Part shown: piece after piece, positions 1-5,619 of the stretch
Layout: each line of letters starts with the position of its first letter
How positions within the stretch are numbered: the stretch's first letter is position 1
Origin: a virus
Taxonomy: Duplodnaviria; Heunggongvirae; Uroviricota; Caudoviricetes
DNA: 8,772 nucleotides
Reading direction: 5' to 3' (one strand)
Virus record (IMG/VR): IMGVR_UViG_2548876958_000017
The notes under the pieces: model-generated
What the model was told of the DNA's origin: nothing
The model's input: only the letters and a program-made list of their open reading frames with translations
Databases searched by the model: none
Position numbers and translations under genes: made by a program

Positions 1-84
1 GCGCCACTGATCGCCCACTTCCTTCAGTTCATGGGCTGGTTTGTTCCGCAGTTCCACCAGCGCCTGGCAATATTTATTACTCAT
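1..84 (-). CDS. Partial CDS, N-terminal 28 codons only (continues past window start); product unknown, possibly a phage Dam-like DNA methyltransferase (speculative)
   Basis: Reverse-strand ATG at 84..82 overlaps the stop of the upstream gene (TAATG). Translation MSNKYCQALVELRNKPAHELKEVGDQWR stays open to position 1. The final DQWR could begin a D.W.TP motif, but the rest is outside the window. Confidence 0.4.
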   Translation of the reverse strand, partial: MSNKYCQALVELRNKPAHELKEVGDQWR

Positions 85-578
85 TAAGCCCCCACGTAAT
101 TCCCTGACAGATACCACTCTTCACCCGATGCAGCGCGCTTGCTGCTTTTCCGTAAGCACCGCTCACGACGCGCCAGAAAATTGTTTCGTTCTGGCTGGGA
201 GTGGCTTTCACGGAATGCCGCCATCCACACGGTTGCAGCACGACGGTATAAGCCCCTGGACTCCAGTTCTTCCGCCTGGCGGGTCAGGCACAAAATCACA
301 CGGGGATCGTTAGTGCCGACATAGAAATTGCGCACAGGTCTGGTTTCACGAACTGGTTGTGGTTCCGGTTCCTGCGCTCTCTCAGTCAGGCGCGGGAAAT
401 GTCTGCGTGTATCTCCTTCACAACGGTGAGCCACACGCCCACTCTGACGTAACTTGCTTGCTGACTGCAGAACGCGCTGCCGTGAGTAACCGGCAAAAGC
501 ATCCGCAATATCTCCGGAAGTACAGCCCGGATGGGCTTCAATGAATTTCTGAACGTCATTCAAAAGACTCATGCTCAC
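84..578 (-). CDS. Putative PerC/ANR-family-like transcriptional regulator with an N-terminal winged-helix-like domain (164 aa)
   Basis: ATG at 578..576 overlaps the stop of the O-like gene (ATGA coupling). The C-terminal segment LESRGLYRRAATVWMAAF...RRERCLRK resembles the PerC-family motif (GLWRRAA..W / RRN.C) as I recall it. The N-terminal ~60 aa look like a small DNA-binding fold. Family assignment is from memory only. Confidence 0.5.
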   Translation of the reverse strand: MSMSLLNDVQKFIEAHPGCTSGDIADAFAGYSRQRVLQSASKLRQSGRVAHRCEGDTRRHFPRLTERAQEPEPQPVRETRPVRNFYVGTNDPRVILCLTRQAEELESRGLYRRAATVWMAAFRESHSQPERNNFLARRERCLRKSSKRAASGEEWYLSGNYVGA

Positions 579-1516
579 CCCCTGAATCCTGCCGGGATCT
601 GGCTGTAGTCCACGTTGTCGTAACTGGCTTTGAAGTACGGGTCTTCGCGTTTTTCGGTGTACGTGCTGACGGACGGCGATAAGCGCAGGGAAAGCTCATC
701 CCATTTTTCCCGCAGCTTCGACGGGCTGAGCACGTTACGGCACCAGAACGGATCGCGACTGACGCGGCTGTACATCTCGCAGATTTGTTTATGAGTACGA
801 CCATCCTGCACACACATCAGGCGAATTTCGTTTGCCCAGGCTGTCCAGTTCGGTTCTTTGGGACGAACCACCTCGCCGTCACATTCGGCGGCCTGCTCGT
901 ACAGGGCGATGATTTTTTTCCAGAGCCACTGTGCGCAGGTCAAATCATCCTGCGTTCCCCACTGGCGCTTTTTAGGGCTGAATACAACCGCATCAGGATG
1001 GCGAGTTAAAAACTCCTGTTCAGCCGTCTGCGTGTCCGGTTGCGAAGCGTCCGGACGAGAAGTTTTTTTATCTGACGGATCATGTTTTGATTTTACTGAC
1101 GGATCCCCGCCAGATTCTGACGGGTGAAAACCCGCTTTTTTGCCAGATTTCGACGCATCAAATTTTGACGGGTCAGATTTTGATGCGTCAGATTTTGACG
1201 GGTCAGAATCTGACAGTTGAGAAAATGCCGCTGCCTGAAGCTTCGCAACGTTAAGCTGATAAACATTCGACGCATTGCGGTTACCCTGGCGACGCGCCTT
1301 ACGCGTTAACCAGCCTTCTGCTTCCAGCCGTGCGATAGCCGTTCTGACGGTACTCATTCCCGCGCCAATCTGGCGGGCAATGGTTTCAATTGATGGCCAG
1401 CACACACCTTCGTCATTACTGAAATCAGCTAGGCGGGCCATAATTGCCACGCTGGATAATTTCATGCCTGATGCAGCGCAACCATCCCATACATAGCCGG
1501 TTAATTTAGTGCTCAT
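575..1516 (-). CDS. Lambda O-like replication initiator (313 aa) containing the presumed origin iterons
   Basis: GAGG sits 6 nt upstream of ATG (1516..1514). The N-terminal segment is HTH-like (SVAIMARLADFSNDEGVCWPSIETIARQIGAGMSTVRTAIARLEAEGWL). The central low-complexity peptide DPSKSDASKSDPSKFDASKS is encoded by tandem ~15-bp repeats, as in lambda O where ori lies inside the gene. Confidence 0.8.
   Translation of the reverse strand: MSTKLTGYVWDGCAASGMKLSSVAIMARLADFSNDEGVCWPSIETIARQIGAGMSTVRTAIARLEAEGWLTRKARRQGNRNASNVYQLNVAKLQAAAFSQLSDSDPSKSDASKSDPSKFDASKSGKKAGFHPSESGGDPSVKSKHDPSDKKTSRPDASQPDTQTAEQEFLTRHPDAVVFSPKKRQWGTQDDLTCAQWLWKKIIALYEQAAECDGEVVRPKEPNWTAWANEIRLMCVQDGRTHKQICEMYSRVSRDPFWCRNVLSPSKLREKWDELSLRLSPSVSTYTEKREDPYFKASYDNVDYSQIPAGFRG
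1069..1219. repeat. Iteron array (about 7-8 copies, ~15-bp period, core CAGATTTTGACGGGT / TGACGG) inside the O-like gene; candidate replication origin
   Basis: Direct repeats read in sequence: tatctgacggatc, ttactgacggatc, cagattctgacgggt, cagatttcgacgcat, aaattttgacgggtc, agattttgatgcgtc, agattttgacgggtc, agaatctgacagttg. Confidence 0.75.
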
Positions 1517-1525
1517 GACCGACCT

Positions 1526-1864
1526 CTATTTCCCTGAATTTACGACGAAACTGTTCGAGCGGGCTGAAGCACTCATGCTCATAGCCTTCGCGGAGGTAGA
1601 TAACTCGTTGTGTTTCCGGCTCCCAACGAATGACTCTGACGGGCACTCCGTAGTGATCTTTGAACCAGCGGTTAACTTGTCGCAAAGGACTGTCTCCTTC
1701 TGCCGGTTGAAATCACCCACAGCCCACTCAGCAAAGCTGTGGGTTACAATTTCCCTGTCACCTGGTACATTAACTGCATAGCAATACTCCACCTTCGCTT
1801 TTCCACCCGGTACAGGAAGCGCAATCAGTTGCGAGCGACGGTAGTGTGTTGTTAAACTGTTCAT
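1526..1864 (-). CDS. Hypothetical protein (112 aa) between the CII-like and O-like genes
   Basis: ATG at 1864..1862 overlaps the stop of the upstream CII-like gene (ATGA). Its stop lies 9 nt before the O-like start. The C-terminal third is low-complexity (Ser/Ala-rich), so coding status is uncertain. Confidence 0.4.
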   Translation of the reverse strand: MNSLTTHYRRSQLIALPVPGGKAKVEYCYAVNVPGDREIVTHSFAEWAVGDFNRQKETVLCDKLTAGSKITTECPSESFVGSRKHNELSTSAKAMSMSASARSNSFVVNSGK

Positions 1865-2424
1865 GCGTTAGTTTCTCCACAGTCACGACACGCCACGGCG
1901 CCCGGAGCTGCACACTCGCGGGCGTCATTACTTTCTGAAATGCAAAAGATTTTGTAGACCAGTGCTGCATGCTCCTGCAGCTTCGAAATTGAGAGATACA
2001 GCTCGTCGTTAATTGCTGTCTTCTCATGCGGTTCCACCACACCGTCTTCGATTGCCGAACGAATCTGTCTGGAATAACTGCCAATCTGTTCAATGACTTC
2101 CAGCAGGCGCTGGTTAATATCGGCGTTGTCCACATCCTCGACGTCAGGAAGAGACACAAAGACGCCATTTGCAGACTGCGCCACAGCGTCAGCAATGAAG
2201 TGAGTGCCACCAGCACGTTGTAAAATCATTGCCCATCCCAGCGGGAAAATCTGATCGCCATCGGCACGAAGGCGGTTAAATAATGCGTTCTCTGTTACAT
2301 CCAGCCAGTCAGCTGCTTCAGCGTAACCACCCGGCAACTTTGCGATAGTTTTTCTGACAGCTTTCACGTACCACTCAGGCTGTTTTTCTACTTTCCAGTG
2401 ATGCTTACCCACGGTTAGCCTCAT
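1861..2424 (-). CDS. CII-like lysogeny-establishment regulator (187 aa), resembling the phage 186 CII / YdaT-type family
   Basis: It occupies the cII position directly downstream of cro. The segment [37 protein letters not shown] resembles the 186 CII region (...LRNKLNPEQPHQFTPPELWLL...DGFLAQ) from memory. The start is ambiguous: ATG at 2424 has no clear SD, while an in-frame GTG 12 nt downstream has AGG upstream. Confidence 0.55.
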   Translation of the reverse strand: MRLTVGKHHWKVEKQPEWYVKAVRKTIAKLPGGYAEAADWLDVTENALFNRLRADGDQIFPLGWAMILQRAGGTHFIADAVAQSANGVFVSLPDVEDVDNADINQRLLEVIEQIGSYSRQIRSAIEDGVVEPHEKTAINDELYLSISKLQEHAALVYKIFCISESNDARECAAPGAVACRDCGETNA

Positions 2425-2455
2425 CGTTCTGTGGTTAAAAATTGAAAGTGTTCTG

Positions 2456-2656
2456 CTAATCTTTCGGATAGATATCCGGTCTTAAGTCAGATTTCGTAAT
2501 TGCACCTGACGTGCATTGCTCAAGTTTTTTAGCCAGCACAAAACTGGCTTTTTTATAGCCATTGAAAACCAGCCGTAAGTAGCCAGGTGTTGAGCCAACT
2601 TTTCCGGCCAACTCGCCCTGCTGTTCTTTGGTTAAAGAGTCCCAATACGCTTTCAT
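2456..2656 (-). CDS. cro: Cro/YdaS-like HTH regulator (66 aa)
   Basis: It is divergent from the repressor gene. ATG at 2656 is preceded by GGAGG about 10 nt upstream on the minus strand. The sequence MKAYWDSLTKEQQGELAGKVGSTPGYLRLVFNGYKKASFVLAKKLEQCTSGAITKSDLRPDIY has a small HTH typical of YdaS/Cro-like proteins. The longer 167-aa ORF form would overlap the operators and the repressor gene. Confidence 0.8.
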   Translation of the reverse strand: MKAYWDSLTKEQQGELAGKVGSTPGYLRLVFNGYKKASFVLAKKLEQCTSGAITKSDLRPDIYPKD

Positions 2657-2746
2657 ACAATATGTACCTCCGGTGTACATATTACATGATTGAAATGAAC
2701 CTTCAAGATACTTGTACCTTAGCGGTACAAGGGTTTTAATTTCGTT
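2657..2746. promoter_or_regulatory. Divergent pR/pRM-type control region with two palindromic operators (OR)
   Basis: Operator 1 is ATGTACctccggtGTACAT at 2662..2680. Operator 2 is cTTGTACCttagcGGTACAAg at 2711..2731, with perfect 8-bp arms. Candidate pR on the minus strand is -35 TTGAAG (plus coords 2701..2706) and -10 TAATAT (2679..2684). There is no SD before the cI ATG, and TTTAAT at 2735..2740 is consistent with a leaderless pRM transcript. Confidence 0.65.
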
Positions 2747-3421
2747 ATGAAAACAATCCATGACATCCGGCGGTCTAACGCCAGAAAACTGAGAGATGGT
2801 GTTGGCGGGAATTCTTCCTTTGCCACTATGATTGATCGCGAGCCAACCCAGACCAGCAGGTTTATGGGAGATGGGGCTACTAAAAATATCGGTGACAGCA
2901 TGGCACGACACATCGAAAAATGTTTCGACCTGCCTGTCGGATGGCTCGATCAAGAACACCAGACAACGAACATCACAAAAAAACCTGATGTTTCAATCAC
3001 TAATAAACAAATCACATTAGTCCCTGTCATATCATGGGTACAGGCCGGAGCATGGAAAGAAGTTGGATATTCTGAGGTTGATTTGAGCACAGCAGAAACG
3101 TATCCCTGCCCTGTACCCTGTGGGGAAATGACTTATATCTTGCGGGTGATAGGTGATTCAATGATTGATGAGTACCGCCCGGGAGACATGATTTTTGTCG
3201 ATCCTGAAGTACCTGCCTGCCACGGTGACGACGTTATTGCATTGATGCACGATACAGGCGAAACCACCTTCAAAAGGTTGATAGAAGATGGGACACAGCG
3301 TTATCTTAAAGCGTTAAACCCAAACTGGCCTGAGCCTTACATTAAGATCAACGGTAATTGCTCTATAATTGGTACAGTGATTTTCTCCGGAAAACCAAGA
3401 AGATACAAAATCAAAGCCTAA
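2747..3421 (+). CDS. CI-type prophage repressor with a C-terminal S24 (LexA-like) autopeptidase domain (224 aa)
   Basis: The C-terminal domain closely parallels P22 C2 / lambda CI: ...ISWVQAGAWKE..., catalytic-Ser context VIGDSM, and Lys context TFKRL; compare P22 C2 ISWVSAGQW...QGDSM...TFKKL. The N-terminal ~90 aa are a distinct DNA-binding domain. It is divergent from cro across the operator region. Confidence 0.9.
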   Translation: MKTIHDIRRSNARKLRDGVGGNSSFATMIDREPTQTSRFMGDGATKNIGDSMARHIEKCFDLPVGWLDQEHQTTNITKKPDVSITNKQITLVPVISWVQAGAWKEVGYSEVDLSTAETYPCPVPCGEMTYILRVIGDSMIDEYRPGDMIFVDPEVPACHGDDVIALMHDTGETTFKRLIEDGTQRYLKALNPNWPEPYIKINGNCSIIGTVIFSGKPRRYKIKA

Positions 3422-3433
3422 TCAATGTTTATG

Positions 3434-3456
3434 AACCTGCTTCGGCAGGTTTTTTT
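3434..3456 (+). terminator. Rho-independent terminator after the repressor gene
   Basis: Perfect 7-bp stem AACCTGC / GCAGGTT with TTCG loop, followed by a T run (ttttttt), starting 13 nt after the cI stop. Confidence 0.8.
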
Positions 3457-3460
3457 ATAC

Positions 3461-3493
3461 TTGACAATGTACCTTTGAGATACATAATGTACC
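3461..3493 (+). promoter_or_regulatory. pL-type early-left promoter with OL operator
   Basis: -35 TTGACA (3461..3466), 16-nt spacer, -10 CATAAT (3483..3488). Operator-like palindrome ATGTACCTTTGAGATACAT (3467..3485) lies between -35 and -10, and a second ATGTACC half-site is at 3487..3493. Same half-site as in OR. Confidence 0.65.
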
Positions 3494-3592
3494 CAACCGA
3501 AACAACGAACAGGCAGGACGCCCACGAAGTAGCCGCCGGTGGCGTATGAATGACCGGATGATTCGTTAAATACTATGTGTAAGAGAGCGCAA

Positions 3593-3796
3593 ATGAACCG
3601 TTATTTCACATGCTCGTTTTGTGGCGCAAACGAGCTGCAGGCAAAAAAAATCATCGCCAAAGGCGGAAAAGATGAAATTGCTATCTGCTCTGAGTGCGTA
3701 GTCTTGTGTGTCGGGGCATTAATCAATATCAGCACAACTATTCAGTTCACACCAAATGAGAATGCGCCTTTAGATGCGAGGAAATCTGGAGGTTAA
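3593..3796 (+). CDS. Small free-standing ClpX-type C4 zinc-finger (ZBD-like) protein (67 aa)
   Basis: Start ATG at 3593 is preceded by GAGAG; the upstream ATG at 3575 has no SD. YFTCSFCGANELQAKKIIAKGGKDEIAICSECVVLCVGALI aligns with the E. coli ClpX N-terminal zinc-binding domain [37 protein letters not shown] (CSFCG ... IC.ECV.LC, four Cys). Confidence 0.7.
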   Translation: MNRYFTCSFCGANELQAKKIIAKGGKDEIAICSECVVLCVGALINISTTIQFTPNENAPLDARKSGG

Positions 3797-3885
3797 AGAA
3801 CAAAATGAAAGTCCAGATTTTAAACAATAACTGTGAAGTCGTTTGGGCGTAAAACATGACCGCGCGTAGACCAAGGGAGGAAAAA

Positions 3886-4062
3886 GTGGGAATAGTTAGA
3901 AATCAAGCAGATATATTGAAAATCAGCTCTGAATTGCTTGGAGTTTTGAAAAGTGAGCTCACCGCACATGGCATCGAGCCCACTGACGAAAATTTAAGTT
4001 GGGTTTTGTCGATTATTCAACAATCACTCAAGCCCAGCCTCAGCAAACTTTTTATCGAGTAG
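3886..4062 (+). CDS. Hypothetical small protein (58 aa from GTG; 68 aa if ATG 3856 is used)
   Basis: Strong SD AGGGAGG at 3874..3880, 5 nt before GTG 3886; the ATG at 3856 lacks an SD. The predicted protein is helical-looking with no recognisable motif. Its 3' end overlaps the convergent minus-strand ORF by 39 nt. Confidence 0.45.
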   Translation: MGIVRNQADILKISSELLGVLKSELTAHGIEPTDENLSWVLSIIQQSLKPSLSKLFIE

Positions 4063-4215
4063 TGCTTCGAACTTATCGTAAAGCTTGCTTATGTCGTCTA
4101 TCGGGTTTTCTGACGTACTGTAATTTTTATCTGATGTCATGGCAGCAGTCTGATATGCAGTGTGAGTCTTAACCGATAGTTGGAATAAATAAAGAATTTT
4201 TTCTTCTTTGGTCAT
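4024..4215 (-). CDS. Hypothetical small protein (63 aa), oriented against the pL operon
   Basis: ATG at 4215 with AAGGAAA about 7 nt upstream on the minus strand. A weak candidate promoter lies in 4216..4300 (minus-strand TTCACC-16-TATCTT). The predicted sequence MTKEEKILYLFQLSVKTHTAYQTAAMTSDKNYSTSENPIDDISKLYDKFEALLDKKFAEAGLE has no recognised family. Confidence 0.5.
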   Translation of the reverse strand: MTKEEKILYLFQLSVKTHTAYQTAAMTSDKNYSTSENPIDDISKLYDKFEALLDKKFAEAGLE

Positions 4216-4259
4216 AACTATTTCCTTCTTGGCTATATGAAAACACCAAGATACCACCG

Positions 4260-4729
4260 AGCCTGAAGTGGTGAAAAGACAGGCACATAACAGCTAAGTA
4301 TTTTCAACCAGAGAGAATCCTTAGCGTTGTGGTGAATGCGGCTCAGCGCACGCGGGTTAAGGTTGAGGCTGACAGTCGACCTTCTGTGGATACCCACCCG
4401 CCTGGTGTGCAACCTTCGCCAGGCACCGGGAGGCACCCGGCACCACAACTTTATGCTGTGTGTAGTCTTGGCGGTACCAGCTTGTACCCTTGCTTCCGGC
4501 TGGTACCGTCCTTTTTACAAAACAGAGAAGAGCATCACCGGACGACGGGCTCATAACCCAATCCATCCGGGCGGCTGCCACCGCAGGTGTTCTTCTCTGT
4601 TTTGTGGAGAAACTAACCGCCCCTACGGGGGCATTTATGGAAATGTAATTGACTCAATAATCGCCGGACGGTGAGGGCCTCCTTTTACCCGAATTCAGCG
4701 CGGTGCAGCGCATATACGTGGAGAACAAA
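4260..4729. other. GC-rich, ORF-poor, hairpin-dense non-coding island (candidate structured RNA or DNA site)
   Basis: Only overlapping ORFs rich in Arg/Gly/Pro and rare codons (AGG, CGG, GGG). 41 of 60 bases at 4381..4440 are G or C, against 22 of 60 at 4081..4140. Perfect 15-bp inverted repeat ACAAAACAGAGAAGA (4517..4531) / TCTTCTCTGTTTTGT (4591..4605); perfect 10-bp inverted repeat CGGTACCAGC (4472..4481) / GCTGGTACCG (4499..4508); further hairpins at 4400..4424, 4426..4440 and 4619..4632. Confidence 0.5.
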
Positions 4730-5266
4730 ATGTCATTTATTAAAACTTTTTCCGGGAAGCATTTTTATTATGACAGGATAAATAAAGACGACATCGTTAT
4801 TAACGATATCGCGGTTTCCCTTTCAAATATCTGTCGCTTTGCAGGACATCTTTCACACTTCTACAGTGTCGCCCAACATGCGGTGCTTTGCAGCCAGCTA
4901 GTGCCACAGGAATTTGCTTTTGAAGCTTTAATGCATGATGCAACAGAAGCATATTGCCAGGACATCCCCGCACCACTGAAACGACTTCTTCCTGACTATA
5001 AACGGATGGAAGAAAAAATAGACGCCGTAATCCGTGAGAAATACGGGTTACCTCCTGTTATGAGCACGCCAGTGAAATATGCCGATCTCATTATGCTGGC
5101 AACCGAACGCCGCGATCTCGGGCTTGATGATGGCTCTTTCTGGCCTGTACTGGAAGGTATCCCGGCAACAGAGATGTTCAAAGTGATTCCACAGGCACCG
5201 AGCCATGCCTACGGGATGTTTATGGAACGTTTTAACGAGTTATCGGAGTTACGCAAATGCGCATGA
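4730..5266 (+). CDS. HD-domain phosphohydrolase, YfbR/YfdR-like putative 5'-deoxynucleotidase (178 aa)
   Basis: SD GGAGA 5 nt before ATG 4730. HD-superfamily metal-ligand pattern: H in ...FAGHLSHFYSVAQHAVL..., HD in ...ALMHDATEAYCQDIP..., downstream D in ...YADLIML.... Size and motif order match the small prophage HD hydrolases such as CPS-53 YfdR as I recall them. Confidence 0.8.
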   Translation: MSFIKTFSGKHFYYDRINKDDIVINDIAVSLSNICRFAGHLSHFYSVAQHAVLCSQLVPQEFAFEALMHDATEAYCQDIPAPLKRLLPDYKRMEEKIDAVIREKYGLPPVMSTPVKYADLIMLATERRDLGLDDGSFWPVLEGIPATEMFKVIPQAPSHAYGMFMERFNELSELRKCA

Positions 5267-5619
5267 ATGTTTTCGAAATGGAAGGGTTTCTTCGTGGGAG
5301 ATGTGTACCGCGAGATCTGAAAGTGAATGAAACAGATGCTGAATACCTGGTGCGTAAATTCGATGCGCTTGAAGCTAAATGTGCAGCACAGGAAAACAAA
5401 GTAATACCAGTGTCAACTGAACTGCCACCAGCAAATGAAAGTGTTTTGTTATTCGATGCTAACGGAGAAGGCTGGCTAATTGGCTGGCGTTCTCTCTGGT
5501 ACACCTGGGGACAAAAAGAAACCGGAGAATGGCAGTGGACATTTCAGGTCGGGAGCCTTGAAAACGTCAATATCACTCACTGGGCAGTAATGCCAAAAGC
5601 ACCGGAGGCTGGAGCATAA
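5257..5619 (+). CDS. DUF551-family phage protein (120 aa)
   Basis: Start overlaps the HD gene stop (ATGCGCATGA; ATG 5257 or 5263). Trp-rich C-terminal domain ...GEGWLIGW...GEWQW...ITHWAVMPKAPE matches the DUF551 C-terminal signature (..THWMPLPEPP) from memory. Confidence 0.7.
   Translation: MRMNVFEMEGFLRGRCVPRDLKVNETDAEYLVRKFDALEAKCAAQENKVIPVSTELPPANESVLLFDANGEGWLIGWRSLWYTWGQKETGEWQWTFQVGSLENVNITHWAVMPKAPEAGA

Noticed and set aside
41-544. Plus-strand ORFs 41..313, 139..324 and 359..544
   Set aside because: Antisense to the coupled PerC-like gene; no SD; composition typical of spurious frames.
556-1127. ORFs 556..813 (minus), 785..1009 (plus) and 858..1127 (plus) in alternative frames of the O-like gene
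   Set aside because: Fully contained within or antisense to the well-supported O-like CDS.
1069-1219. CRISPR array
   Set aside because: The repeats have a 15-bp period with no unique spacers and lie inside a CDS; they are replication iterons.
1093-1275. 60-aa minus-strand ORF with the repetitive peptide LTRQNLTHQNLTRQNL
   Set aside because: A frame artefact of the 15-bp iterons inside the O-like gene, not an independent gene.
1509-1781. 90-aa plus-strand ORF antisense to the 112-aa gene
   Set aside because: It would start back-to-back with the O-like gene start and needs its own promoter within coding sequence. The minus-strand ORF fits the operon by translational coupling. It is kept as an ambiguity in the findings.
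1770-2223. ORFs 1770..2216 (minus) and 2026..2223 (plus) overlapping the CII-like gene
   Set aside because: Alternative or antisense frames of the CII-like CDS, which has positional and motif support.
2456-2959. 167-aa long form of the minus-strand ORF containing the cro-like gene
   Set aside because: It would read through the operators and overlap the repressor gene by about 210 bp. The internal ATG at 2656 has a GGAGG SD and gives a typical 66-aa Cro-like protein.
2719-3549. ORFs 2719..2913 (minus), 2832..3020 (plus) and 3358..3549 (plus) around the repressor gene
   Set aside because: Overlap the repressor CDS in other frames, or span the terminator and pL promoter.
3490-3592. Lambda-type nut site (boxA/boxB) or HK022 put-like RNA in the pL leader
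   Set aside because: No CGCTCTTTA-like boxA and no convincing two-hairpin put structure; only a weak 4-bp hairpin (CGCC ggt GGCG).
3805-3852. 15-codon micro-ORF (MKVQILNNNCEVVWA) between the ClpX-ZBD-like gene and the 58-aa gene
   Set aside because: Too short to support; the GGAGG upstream is 11 nt away and is part of the preceding gene's end. It may be real but cannot be argued from sequence alone.
4472-4605. Retron msr/msd-like element, suggested by the long inverted repeats
   Set aside because: No reverse-transcriptase ORF is adjacent; the downstream gene is an HD hydrolase. Left as an unassigned structured region.
4329-4674. ORFs of 61-112 aa on both strands inside the GC-rich island (4233..4448 minus, 4329..4556 plus, 4336..4674 plus, 4357..4581 minus)
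   Set aside because: They overlap each other, are rich in Arg/Gly/Pro/Cys and rare codons (AGG, CGG, GGG), and lack SD sequences. This is typical of random frames in GC-rich non-coding DNA.
4300-4700. Hok/Ldr-type type I toxin peptide within the island
   Set aside because: No small ORF with a hydrophobic transmembrane stretch and the conserved Hok-like C-terminal motif was found in any frame.
4996-5504. Minus-strand ORFs 4996..5181 and 5232..5504
   Set aside because: Antisense to the HD and DUF551 genes, which have motif support and translational coupling.
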